From the NCBI GenBank assembly GCA_963678065.2, contig CAXXVZ010000003.1, positions 1,504,001 through 1,568,000 on the forward strand: DNA of 64,000 nucleotides, written 5' to 3'. The notes under the pieces were generated by a model. The model was not told where the DNA came from and ran no database searches. It worked only from the letters and a program-made list of their open reading frames with translations. Position numbers and translations under genes: made by a program. The DNA comes from Treponemataceae bacterium (GTDB lineage: Bacteria > Spirochaetota > Spirochaetia > Treponematales > Rectinemataceae). The first letter of the stretch is position 1, and each line of letters begins with the position of its first letter. Positions 50,135 to 58,888 of this stretch are shown here, piece by piece.

Positions 50135-50851
50135 GTGAAAAGCGCTGAAAACACTATAGCAAAGCTCACGGAAGTGGCGCTGCGCCGGTATTCGATGATA
50201 GAAGAGGGCGACCGGATTCTCGTCGCCGTATCGGGCGGAAAGGATTCGACCACCCTGGCCTGGGATCTCGCCATGAAGCGGCGCTGGTGGCCCGTGAAGT
50301 ACGAAGTCCGCGCTATCCACATCGCATCGGATTTCTGCTCCTGCTGCAAGAAAACCTCGCTCGTGCAGCTGCTCGAATCCTGGGACCTGCCCTACGTTTC
50401 CGTGGACGTCCCGATCATCGGCCGGCTCAAGCCGGGCCGCTCCATGAACTGCTACTGGTGCTCCACCCAACGCCGGACTGAACTCATCCAGTACGCCGTC
50501 AGGGAAGGATTCACGAAGATCGCCCTCGGTCACCATCTCGACGACATGGTCGAAACCCTTCTCATGAACATGCTCCACAAGGGGCAGATCTCGGGCATGC
50601 TGCCCAGACTGAAATACGATAAATTCCCCGTGTCGATAATCCGCCCGCTCGCCCTATGCGAGGAGCGCCAGATCGTCGCCTTCGCCGAAGAGAAGGGCTT
50701 CCGCTCCGCCGCCTGCACCTGTCCCTACGGCGTCGATTCGAAGCGCCGCGAGGTGCGCAGGCGCATCGCTACCCTCACCGGAGGATCGAGCGACCAAAAA
50801 CGCCGGCTCTTCGACTCGATGTCGAACATCAACCTGGAGTATCTGGCCTGA
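50135..50851 (+). CDS. ttcA: tRNA 2-thiocytidine biosynthesis protein
   Basis: SGGKDS PP-loop, CYWCS, GHHLDD, IRPL, CTCP. Confidence 0.88.
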   Translation: MKSAENTIAKLTEVALRRYSMIEEGDRILVAVSGGKDSTTLAWDLAMKRRWWPVKYEVRAIHIASDFCSCCKKTSLVQLLESWDLPYVSVDVPIIGRLKPGRSMNCYWCSTQRRTELIQYAVREGFTKIALGHHLDDMVETLLMNMLHKGQISGMLPRLKYDKFPVSIIRPLALCEERQIVAFAEEKGFRSAACTCPYGVDSKRREVRRRIATLTGGSSDQKRRLFDSMSNINLEYLA

Positions 50852-50878
50852 TTCGCCCGTGCTTATGGCGCGGTTCTG

Positions 50879-50925
50879 TTGACAGCTGGCTGCAAGGCTA
50901 TTAGACTAATAAGGTCTTAATAGGA
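50879..50925 (+). promoter_or_regulatory. Sigma70 promoter with putative Rrf2 operator, copy 2
   Basis: TTGACA-17-TAGACT; AGACTAATAAGGTCTTAATAGGA at 50903-50925. Confidence 0.7.
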
Positions 50926-50931
50926 ATAAAC

Positions 50932-51228
50932 ATGAGTCTGATACCAACACGTTCACGCGGCATCGTGCGCTCTGCCCGCGGCGCGCACGGCGGCTACGAG
51001 CTCGCGCGTGGCGCGGGCGAGATATCGCTGCTCCAGGTCGTCGAAGTGCTGGAAGGCCGGACTTCGCTTCTGGAGTGCACCGCCGCCCCGGCCTCCTGCC
51101 CCCGCTCAGGGGAATGCCGCACACTGCCGGTGTGGACGGGGCTCGACAACGCGGTCAAGAACTATCTCGGCGGTCTTTCGGTCGCGGACGCCGCGGCCAC
51201 GAGAGGTAGCGGCGAGTATTCCATCTGA
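50932..51228 (+). pseudogene. Second Rrf2 gene lacking the HTH (in-frame 44-codon deletion relative to paralog)
   Basis: MSLIPTRSR joined to [15 protein letters not shown]; three Cys retained. Confidence 0.8.
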
Positions 51229-51324
51229 GCCGAAACCCGGCAGCCATCTCGCCATCCGCGATGCGACCCGCGCGACACCGATTGCCGCCCTCCTTGGGAC
51301 CGCAGGATTGAGGGCGCACCGCCT

Positions 51325-52437
51325 TCAGAACCCGATGTACTCGGAGTAGACTGACTTGGCCGCGTTGGCGTCCCTCACATTCCTGATGATGGCCCTGCCG
51401 TCGCGGAAAAGCCGGATTTCGAGGGTTTCCGTCCGGAAACTGAGGATAAAGCGGTTGGATTCGACCCGGCCCAGGGGCGCAAGCCTCGCGGCGATCGCGG
51501 CGAAGTCGACCTCGACCGGGTGAGCGGGTATGACCTGGACGGCATCGCGCCCGCACAGGCTCGTCGTGCAGGAAGCCGAGGACGCGTCCAGATACTCGTA
51601 TCTTCCCGCCGCGCAGGCCGGACAGTCGGGGCGGGTCGGGATGCTCACGATATCCGCCCTTCCGCTCCAGACATCGAAGGTGAAAAGCCCAGCCCTGACA
51701 TCGGGGCTGCCGGTCAGAATCTTCAGCGCTTCGGCCGACTGGACGCAGCCGATTATGCCTGTGATCATGGAGAGAACGCCCGCCGTACTGCAGGTCGCCT
51801 GGGTTCCGGGCGGAGGGAGTTCAGGGACAAGGCAGCGGAAGCAGGGCGATCTGCCCGGAATGATGTTCATGCTCATTCCGCTGTCCATGATCGCGCCGCC
51901 GTAGATCCAGGGAATCCCGCGCTTGAGGCAGGCGTCGTTCAGGATGAGCCTTGTCTCCAGATTGTCGGTCCCGTCCAGGACGAGGTCGACATTTCCGGTC
52001 AGCCCCTCGGCGCTCGCGGGGTTGAGGTCGGCCGAGACAGGCTCGATCTCGATCCCGGAATTGAGCCTCCGCAGGCGCGCGGCCGCCGCCTCGACCTTGG
52101 GGAGTCCCTGGCGCGCATCCTCTTCGTCGTAGAGAGTCTGGCGCTGGAGATTGTTGAGTTCGACGTAGTCCCGGTCGACGAGACGGATGAAGCCGACGCC
52201 AGCCCTGCAGAGATTGTCGGCGATCACCGTGCCGAGAGCCCCCATGCCGACGATCGCCACCCTCGAGCGCGCGAGCCTCTCCTGCCCGGCGGCCCCGATG
52301 CCCTTGTACATCGCCTGGCGGGAATATCTGTCCGGGATCATCGGGATGGCCGAGTGAACTGTTTCCGGGGTGGCTGCCCCGGAGGGCGAAATCGCGGCCG
52401 GCGCCGTGGTTCCTATGGTTTCCGAGGGGTCGGTCAT
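51325..52437 (-). CDS. ThiF/MoeB-family adenylyltransferase
   Basis: RYSRQ, GMGALG, DRDYVELNNLQRQ, CFRC, TCSTAG, CPAC. Confidence 0.92.
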   Translation of the reverse strand: MTDPSETIGTTAPAAISPSGAATPETVHSAIPMIPDRYSRQAMYKGIGAAGQERLARSRVAIVGMGALGTVIADNLCRAGVGFIRLVDRDYVELNNLQRQTLYDEEDARQGLPKVEAAAARLRRLNSGIEIEPVSADLNPASAEGLTGNVDLVLDGTDNLETRLILNDACLKRGIPWIYGGAIMDSGMSMNIIPGRSPCFRCLVPELPPPGTQATCSTAGVLSMITGIIGCVQSAEALKILTGSPDVRAGLFTFDVWSGRADIVSIPTRPDCPACAAGRYEYLDASSASCTTSLCGRDAVQVIPAHPVEVDFAAIAARLAPLGRVESNRFILSFRTETLEIRLFRDGRAIIRNVRDANAAKSVYSEYIGF

Positions 52438-53597
52438 CTGGTGCCTCCTCTCGTCGCGAACTCGGAGGCGATCGTCGTGACCGCTTCGACGCAGACGTCG
52501 ATCTCGGTCTGTGTCGTGAAAAGGCCGGGGCTGAAGCGTATCGTTCCGCGGCTGAAGGTGCCCATACTCCTGTGCGCATCGGGGGCGCAGTGGAGCCCCG
52601 CCCGGACGGCGATGTCGAAGTGGCTGTCCAGAATCACGGCGGCTTCAAGAGGGTCGACTCCGGCGATGTCGATCGAGACCACGGGCGCGCGTTCGGCCCC
52701 GGAAGGCGGGCCATACTGCGTGACCCCCTCGACCTTTGCGAATCCCTCCATGAGGCTGGCGACCAGGGCGCTCTCCGTTTCGCGTATCCTCTTGAGTCCC
52801 TCATCGAGGATAAAGCGGATTCCGGCGCCGAGGCCCGCGATTCCGGGGAGATTGAGTGTCCCGCTCTCGTAGCGCTCCGGGCAGGATTCCGGCTGGAGGA
52901 GGGATTCCGACTCGGTGCCGGTTCCCCCTTCGACGAGGGGATCGAGGGCGATGCCCGGCGCAATGCAGAGGCCTCCAGTGCCCTGCGGGCCGAAAAGACT
53001 CTTGTGGCCGGGGAAGGCCAGAAGGTCGATGCCCATCGCGCGAACGTCGATGGGGAGGCATCCGGCCGTCTGGGCCGCGTCGACGAGAAAGGCAATGCCC
53101 CGACGGCGGCACAGCTCCCCTATCTCGGCGATCGGATTGATGGTCCCGGCCACGTTCGAGGCGTGGCAGACGACGACGAGCTTTGTTTCGGGAAGGAGCG
53201 CCGCTTCGACCGCGGCGGGATCGAGGCCCCGTTCGGGCGGAGTCGGGACTTTTGTGACGCCGACGCCGCGCGCGCGCAGCGCCTCCAGAGGACGGGCCAC
53301 GGCGTTGTGCTCCATGGAGCTCGTGACGACGTGGTCGCCGGGAGACAGGAATCCCTTCAGGGCGAGGTTGATCGCCTCGGTCGCGTTGGATGTAAAAATC
53401 ATCCGCTCCGGTCCGGGGGCGTTGAAGAGTTGGGCGAGGAGGCACCGCGTCGCATCGACAGTCCGCCCCGCCTCGAGAGACATCCTGTGGCCCGAACGGC
53501 CGGGGTTGCCTCCGCGCTCTCCCAGGTAGGAGGCCGCCGCGTCGCAAACAGCGCGGGGCTTGGGCCAGGAAGTAGCTGCGTTGTCGAAATACATCAC
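52434..53597 (-). CDS. Class V aminotransferase, cysteine desulfurase family
   Basis: YFDNAATS, DAAQ, PGHK (PLP Lys), RAGLHCAP (catalytic Cys); GAGGAG SD before GTG. Confidence 0.92.
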   Translation of the reverse strand: MMYFDNAATSWPKPRAVCDAAASYLGERGGNPGRSGHRMSLEAGRTVDATRCLLAQLFNAPGPERMIFTSNATEAINLALKGFLSPGDHVVTSSMEHNAVARPLEALRARGVGVTKVPTPPERGLDPAAVEAALLPETKLVVVCHASNVAGTINPIAEIGELCRRRGIAFLVDAAQTAGCLPIDVRAMGIDLLAFPGHKSLFGPQGTGGLCIAPGIALDPLVEGGTGTESESLLQPESCPERYESGTLNLPGIAGLGAGIRFILDEGLKRIRETESALVASLMEGFAKVEGVTQYGPPSGAERAPVVSIDIAGVDPLEAAVILDSHFDIAVRAGLHCAPDAHRSMGTFSRGTIRFSPGLFTTQTEIDVCVEAVTTIASEFATRGGTR

Positions 53598-53697
53598 GGG
53601 CTTGATCTCCTCTGGTCGATTATTGCGGAATCCGGTCGGAAAATCCATCGTCGCGAAGCCCGAAAGTCGCCGACTAGCCGCGTTCATCCTTTATATG

Positions 53698-53720
53698 ATA
53701 CCATTAAGGTCTCATTGGTG
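53698..53720 (+). promoter_or_regulatory. Putative Rrf2 operator, copy 3
   Basis: ATACCATTAAGGTCTCATTGGTG adjacent to TATGAT, in the divergent desulfurase/metC-like interval. Confidence 0.6.
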
Positions 53721-53748
53721 CATTTTATCAATACATGGAGGTGAAAGC

Positions 53749-54730
53749 ATGGAGGGATCGAAAGGATTCGGTACCCGCGCAACCCGTGCGGGTTTGTGTC
53801 GCGACAAGGCAACGGGTGCGGTGAGCATGCCCATCTACCAGACAGCGACATTCAGTCATCCGGGCTATGGCCAGAGCACCGGATACGACTATTCCCGGAC
53901 AGCCAATCCCACGCGCACGGCCGTCGAGGAGGCAGTGGCCGATCTCGAGGGCGGGCACAGAGGCTTCGGGTTTTCGACGGGACTCGCCGCCTGCACCGCC
54001 GTGACTATGCTTTTCTCATCGGGCGACCACGTCATCCTCTCCGAGGATCTCTATGGCGGCACCTTCCGGATTTTCGATTCGATCCTCCGCCGCTTCGGCA
54101 TCGGCGCGAGCTTTGTCGATACGACAGATCCCGACGCCGTGCGCGGCGCGATCGTTCAGGGAAAGACGAAGGCCCTCATCGTCGAGACTCCTTCCAACCC
54201 GATGATCCGCATCACAGACCTTCGGGCGATGGCCGGGATCGCGCGCGAAGCCAACCTGCTCCTCATCGTCGACAACACCTTCATGAGCCCTTACCTGCAG
54301 CGTCCGATCGAACTGGGTGCCGACATCGTCTTCCATTCGGGAACCAAATTCCTCGGAGGGCACAACGACACACTTGCAGGCTTTGTCGTGACCGCCTCGC
54401 AGGAGCTCTCCGAAAAGATCTTCTTCATCCAGAACGCCACGGGCGGTGTGCTCGCCCCCTTCGATTCCTGGCTCATCCTCCGGGGCATCAAAACCCTGCC
54501 GATACGGATGGACAGGCAGCAGAAAACAGCCCGGATCCTGGCCGAATTCCTCGATTCGCATCCGCGCGTCACCGAGGTGTATTTCCCGGAGATAATAGGA
54601 CATCCCGGAGGCGACGCGGAAGAGACTCGGCATCACGGACACGCTGCTCAGGCTCTCGGTCGGGCTGGAAGATCCGGAAGACCTCATCGTCGACCTCGGG
54701 TCGGCGCTCTCGGCATCCCAGGAGAACTGA
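53749..54730 (+). pseudogene. Cystathionine gamma-synthase/beta-lyase (MetB/MetC family) with internal deletion and frameshift
   Basis: YDYSRTANPT, HSGTKFLGGH; after VYFP...GHPG the native C-terminus [25 protein letters not shown] follows at once in another frame, stop at 54730. Confidence 0.85.
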
Positions 54731-54795
54731 TCGATGGCTTTGCGCAGAATGTCGAAAAATTCCGGACCTGTAGCCCGTCTGTCGGACGAAATCGC

Positions 54796-54853
54796 TTGAC
54801 GAGCGATACATATCGCCGTATCATGACTACATGCTCAGTGAGCAATCAGTCAT
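54796..54853 (+). promoter_or_regulatory. TetR gene promoter and palindromic operator
   Basis: TTGACG-17-TATCAT; ATGACT-acat-GCTCA-g-TGAGC-aatc-AGTCAT (54823-54853) over the start. Confidence 0.7.
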
Positions 54854-55481
54854 CAAATCATCTACGCAGAGGACCCGACAGAAAGCCCTGACGCGGCGCC
54901 GCATCCTCGAGACTGCCCTGTCGCTCTTCGCAGAGCGGGGCATCACGGCTACCAGGAGCAACGAGATAGCCGAGGCGGTGGGGATAGCCCACGGCACCCT
55001 CTTCCTCCACTTTCCGACTCAAGAGGCTCTCATCGTCGCCGTCATCGAGGATTTCGGCTCCGGCCTGTGCAGGCGACTCCACGAACTCTCGGTCCAGGGC
55101 GACGGCCTCAAGGCGATGCTCGAGGCGCAACTGCGCGGAATGGCGGAGCGCGAGGCCTTCTACGCCCGTCTTCTTGCGGAGACGAGTCTCCTGCCCGGAG
55201 CCGCCCGGATCGCTCTCATCATGATCCAATCCACGATCTCGTTCCACATCGCGCGTGCCGCGGAGTCAGGCATGCTCGAGGGCAGGATCAAGCGTCAGCC
55301 TGTCCATCTCCTGTTCAATACCTGGATGGGCCTTGTCCACTACTACATCTCGAACCGGGAACTGTTCGCTCCCGGGGGTTCTGTTCTCGAAAACAGGGGC
55401 CCGGAGCTCGTGGAACACTACATGGGGCTCATCGCAGCCCGGGACCGCGCACAAGGAGGAGATATATGGGCAGCAGAGTAA
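54831..55481 (+). CDS. TetR/AcrR-family regulator
   Basis: ILETALSLFAERG, IAEAVGIAHGTLFLHFPT. Confidence 0.92.
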   Translation: MLSEQSVIKSSTQRTRQKALTRRRILETALSLFAERGITATRSNEIAEAVGIAHGTLFLHFPTQEALIVAVIEDFGSGLCRRLHELSVQGDGLKAMLEAQLRGMAEREAFYARLLAETSLLPGAARIALIMIQSTISFHIARAAESGMLEGRIKRQPVHLLFNTWMGLVHYYISNRELFAPGGSVLENRGPELVEHYMGLIAARDRAQGGDIWAAE

Positions 55482-55663
55482 ACCGCCTCGTCGGGAGGCG
55501 TTGCTACGAGCACCTGGGAGGCGAACTCGGCATCCGCGTGCTCGAACTGTTCGTCGCGAAGGGCTGGGTCGAGCTGGATGAGGGAAAAACAAGCGTCTAC
55601 ATTCTCACTGAGGAAGGGCGCGCGGCCCTCGGTTCTCTCGGCCTGGACATGGACATACGATGA
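55466..55663 (+). CDS. Small winged-helix protein (ArsR C-terminal-like, CYEHLGG motif)
   Basis: AAGGAGG SD; RCYEHLGGELG...LTEEG. Confidence 0.75.
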   Translation: MGSRVNRLVGRRCYEHLGGELGIRVLELFVAKGWVELDEGKTSVYILTEEGRAALGSLGLDMDIR

Positions 55664-55699
55664 ACGGCCGCCGGACGGCCAGACATCAGGAGGTATCTT

Positions 55700-55987
55700 G
55701 TGGAAAAGAATGCGATTAGGGGCCATGATTCGTCAGGTGCCGGCATGAAGATGTGCATAGCCTGCGGGATGCCGATGGAGCGGAAGGAAGACTATCCGCT
55801 CGGCGACGAGACGAAAGACTACTGCGTCCACTGCGCCCGCGCCGATGGCACGATGCAGTCCTACGAGGAGAAGGCGGCATCGCTCGCCGGTTTCATCGTG
55901 AGGACACAGGGATTTGACCCGGCCGTGGCGCGGAATGCCGCAGAAGAAATGATGCGCAGCCTGCCTGCGTGGAAGGCGCATTCCTAA
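55700..55987 (+). CDS. Zinc-ribbon domain protein
   Basis: AGGAGGT SD; CIACGMPM...YCVHC...LPAWK. Confidence 0.85.
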   Translation: MEKNAIRGHDSSGAGMKMCIACGMPMERKEDYPLGDETKDYCVHCARADGTMQSYEEKAASLAGFIVRTQGFDPAVARNAAEEMMRSLPAWKAHS

Positions 55988-56127
55988 AGTCTATCGGCGC
56001 AGGATCGACCTGCCTCGTGCCCGCGGGCAGCGCTGCTGCCCGCGCTGCCGGGCCCTATCCCGGAAGCCCGGATCTCCGGCGACATCCGCATATTGAACCG
56101 CCCCGGTGGATCGCGTATCTTTGATCC

Positions 56128-56186
56128 GGTAAGGAGAGATCCACCCGTGAGCAGGGCCGCAAGCGCAGGGTGGCCGTCCGGAAACC
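56128..56186 (+). promoter_or_regulatory. Candidate structured 5' leader RNA upstream of K+/H+ antiporter remnant
   Basis: Starts at predicted TSS of TTGAAC-17-TATCTT promoter; nested pairings GGT/ACC, GGA/TCC, CCACCC/GGGTGG. Confidence 0.4.
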
Positions 56187-56206
56187 AGTCGCTTCAGAGG
56201 TAGTCT

Positions 56207-56298
56207 GTGCTTTTCTTCTTCGCTTCGCTCATCATTCTCGCGATATTCTCGAACAAAATAAGTTCCCGTTTCGGAGTGCCCGTCCTTCTCGCCTTCCC
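56207..56298 (+). pseudogene. N-terminal remnant of potassium/proton antiporter (CvrA/NhaP2 family)
   Basis: AGAGGT SD + GTG; LIILAIFSNKISSRFGVPVLLAF matches the family N-terminus, then similarity ends. Confidence 0.65.
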
Positions 56299-56392
56299 TG
56301 AGGCTGAACAAACCCGAGAGAGATCCCCAATTGATCGAGAATCCGGGTGGTGCCGACTGTCGACAGACGCGATACCACCCAGAGGAGCGTAT

Positions 56393-57745
56393 ATGAGTAC
56401 TTTTTTTCGACAAATAGTGATGAGATTTGCAGGAATTGCTTTCAGTCTCGGCCTCGCCTGTGCGCCCGTCGCCGCACAGGCCCCGGCATGCGGCGTCGAA
56501 GGAACCGACGTACTGTCGCTCGCCGCGGAGCTCTCGGGGCCGGAGTACGCGGGAAGACTGATCGGAACACCCGGAGGAGTCAAGGCGGGGGATCTCCTCG
56601 CAGCCCGCCTTCGCGATGCCGGCTATTCAGTCTCGTTCATCGAGTTCACTGATCGGGTCATTTTCATGAAGGGACAACCTCTACTCGAAATTCTCGATGG
56701 GGCCGGGGTCCGGGAGAGCATGCGGTACAGGGTGGATTTCAAGGAATCCATGAGTGGAGGCTGGGAGGGGGGAACAATCGCGGGTCCCCTCCTCGCTGTC
56801 GATTCGCCTCCCCGCACGATCAGGACGGAGGAGGGGAGCAGGTTGGAGACCTATCCCGAAGGTTCGATCCTTCTTATATCGGCCTCTGTTTACAACAAAA
56901 ACTTCGACGAAAAATACCTCGAAGCGGGCGCAAAAGGCATAATCTACGAGTTGACGACCCAGTCCCTCGCGATCAGGGCCATGGCGATAGGTCAGCCTCT
57001 CGGCACCCTCGTCGCGCCAAAGCGGGGACTCGTCAAAATGGCTGTCTCCACGGAAGCGTTTTCCCGATTGCAGGACGCGGCGAAAAACGGGTATCGGGCA
57101 AAGATCGTGAATCCCGGCACATTCAGGGATGTTGCGGGGAGAACCATCGTCGCGTCCCTGAACGGGGACGGGAAAAAATTTACGCCGAAAATCGCGCTCG
57201 TCGCCCACTACGACCACGTCGGTACCGATCCGGACGGGAGTTACTTTCCCGGAGCCCTCGACAATGCATCGGGCGCTTCCCTCGTCACGGACATCGCCGC
57301 GGCAATAGCCCGCACCGGGATCAAGGCTGATTTTGCGGTCATCCTCACAGACGGAGAGGAAGTGGGCTTATCGGGCGCAGCAGCTTTCTCAGGATCGCCC
57401 TCCTTCAGGCTTCCAGGCACAGCGGTGATCAACCTCGACATGGTTGGATCCTCGGCCGATCTGCCCTTCGATGTATCCTCGACAGGAGACAGGCCAAGCG
57501 TCGCCCTCGCTGAATCGGTGGCGGCCCTTCTGAAATCGGCCGGATTCCGGGCGGAGCTGAACAATCCGAACTGGAACGCCGACCATGCTCCATTCGCGCG
57601 CGCGGGCGCCGCCGCCGTTTCCGTGACCGAACGCGACTTCAGCGCTTACCACACTACGGCCGACAGATCTGAAACTCTCTCCGCCGATGAGCTCGGCCGG
57701 CTCGGAAAGGCTTTCTCGGTCTGGATTCTCGGGCGACTGAGATGA
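56393..57745 (+). CDS. Secreted M28-family aminopeptidase with PA domain
   Basis: AGAGGAG SD; signal peptide; AHYDH, GALDNASG, GEEVGL, NLDMVG, ADHAPF, YHT..D. Confidence 0.9.
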   Translation: MSTFFRQIVMRFAGIAFSLGLACAPVAAQAPACGVEGTDVLSLAAELSGPEYAGRLIGTPGGVKAGDLLAARLRDAGYSVSFIEFTDRVIFMKGQPLLEILDGAGVRESMRYRVDFKESMSGGWEGGTIAGPLLAVDSPPRTIRTEEGSRLETYPEGSILLISASVYNKNFDEKYLEAGAKGIIYELTTQSLAIRAMAIGQPLGTLVAPKRGLVKMAVSTEAFSRLQDAAKNGYRAKIVNPGTFRDVAGRTIVASLNGDGKKFTPKIALVAHYDHVGTDPDGSYFPGALDNASGASLVTDIAAAIARTGIKADFAVILTDGEEVGLSGAAAFSGSPSFRLPGTAVINLDMVGSSADLPFDVSSTGDRPSVALAESVAALLKSAGFRAELNNPNWNADHAPFARAGAAAVSVTERDFSAYHTTADRSETLSADELGRLGKAFSVWILGRLR

Positions 57746-57805
57746 GGCTGCACATCCAGGGGATACTCCAGATCCCGCGAGAATCTGTGCATCGGAAAAA
57801 GTCCG

Positions 57806-58798
57806 CTACCCTGCCCTGCGAAGCAGTGTGGCCATTGCCAACGCCGCTGCGAGGGGAAGGTTCACAAAAAGAAAGTTGGCCACCGACAATCTGAATGTGT
57901 CGCTCTTTGTCTGGAGTCGCCTGAAGCGCGCGACATTGTTCCGCATCGGTACGATGGACGCGAGGGCGACGAGGGCGATGGCGGGCAGGGCCCCTGCCGC
58001 GACGGAGAAGGGTATCGACAGAACAGCCGCCAGATGCAAAAGGCCGAAGACGGTGAGAGAGGTCTTTCGCCCCACGCTGACGGGGAAGGTGCAGCGCCCG
58101 TCCTCGCGGTCGCCATCGATGTCGCAGATATTGTTGGCGAGCATTATGCCGGCGATCCCGGCCATGGCGGGGATAGAGGCCGCGAAGAGTCCCAGGAAGT
58201 TCGGCCAGTCGATGGCTACCTCAAACTGTCTACCCGAGACGGAGGCCGCGAAGAAATAGCCGCTCCCCGCGTGTATCATCGCCGCGATGAGCGGCAAAAC
58301 AAAGCCCATGAAGAACCCCGAAACTACTTCTCCGAGAGGCGTGCGCGATAAAGGAAGAGGACCCGCCGAGTACAGGATGCCCGCGCCGAAACAGGCCGCG
58401 CCGAGGACGAGGACGACGGGACCGCTTTCGGCAGCGAGAAGGAGTCCGGAGAGCGTCGCGACCAAAAAGAGGAGGACGAGCAGCGCGCGCACCTTGTTTT
58501 CGGGCAGATTGTGGGCGACGATGGCGTTGTGCGGATTCACGTCGCGCCCTCCTCGGCCTCTTTCTCCGTCTTGTCTGCGGTCGGCGTAGTTGTTGAGAGC
58601 CGTGGTGAGCATGTCGAAGGAAATCATCGACACGAAGAAGAGGATGAGCCGCAGGGGCAGAATATCGACTCCCTTCCATGAGGCCCAGAATGTTCCGAGC
58701 AGGAAGGGGACGAGACTCGCCGCCTTCGTCCTCAGTTCGACGAGGTCGAGAAAAGCCCTGAGCGACATGGAGTTTTTACCGCCGGACCGCGCGTTCAT
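57806..58798 (-). CDS. menA: UbiA-family prenyltransferase, MenA-like (DHNA polyprenyltransferase)
   Basis: VELRTK.AS, NNYAD, LSRTPLGE, ANNICDIDGD. Confidence 0.8.
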   Translation of the reverse strand: MNARSGGKNSMSLRAFLDLVELRTKAASLVPFLLGTFWASWKGVDILPLRLILFFVSMISFDMLTTALNNYADRRQDGERGRGGRDVNPHNAIVAHNLPENKVRALLVLLFLVATLSGLLLAAESGPVVLVLGAACFGAGILYSAGPLPLSRTPLGEVVSGFFMGFVLPLIAAMIHAGSGYFFAASVSGRQFEVAIDWPNFLGLFAASIPAMAGIAGIMLANNICDIDGDREDGRCTFPVSVGRKTSLTVFGLLHLAAVLSIPFSVAAGALPAIALVALASIVPMRNNVARFRRLQTKSDTFRLSVANFLFVNLPLAAALAMATLLRRAG

Positions 58799-58888
58799 GC
58801 TTTCTTATACCACCGGATACTGCCGGGCTGCCACTCGTAGTGCGCTGCCGCGATTCCCCTCCCTTCCCGTGAGGGATATACTTGGCGC

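Noticed and set aside
53560..54891. 443-aa intact MetB/MetC protein as in the ORF track
   Set aside because: True start is 53749 and the tail after GHPG is out-of-frame read-through overlapping the tetR promoter
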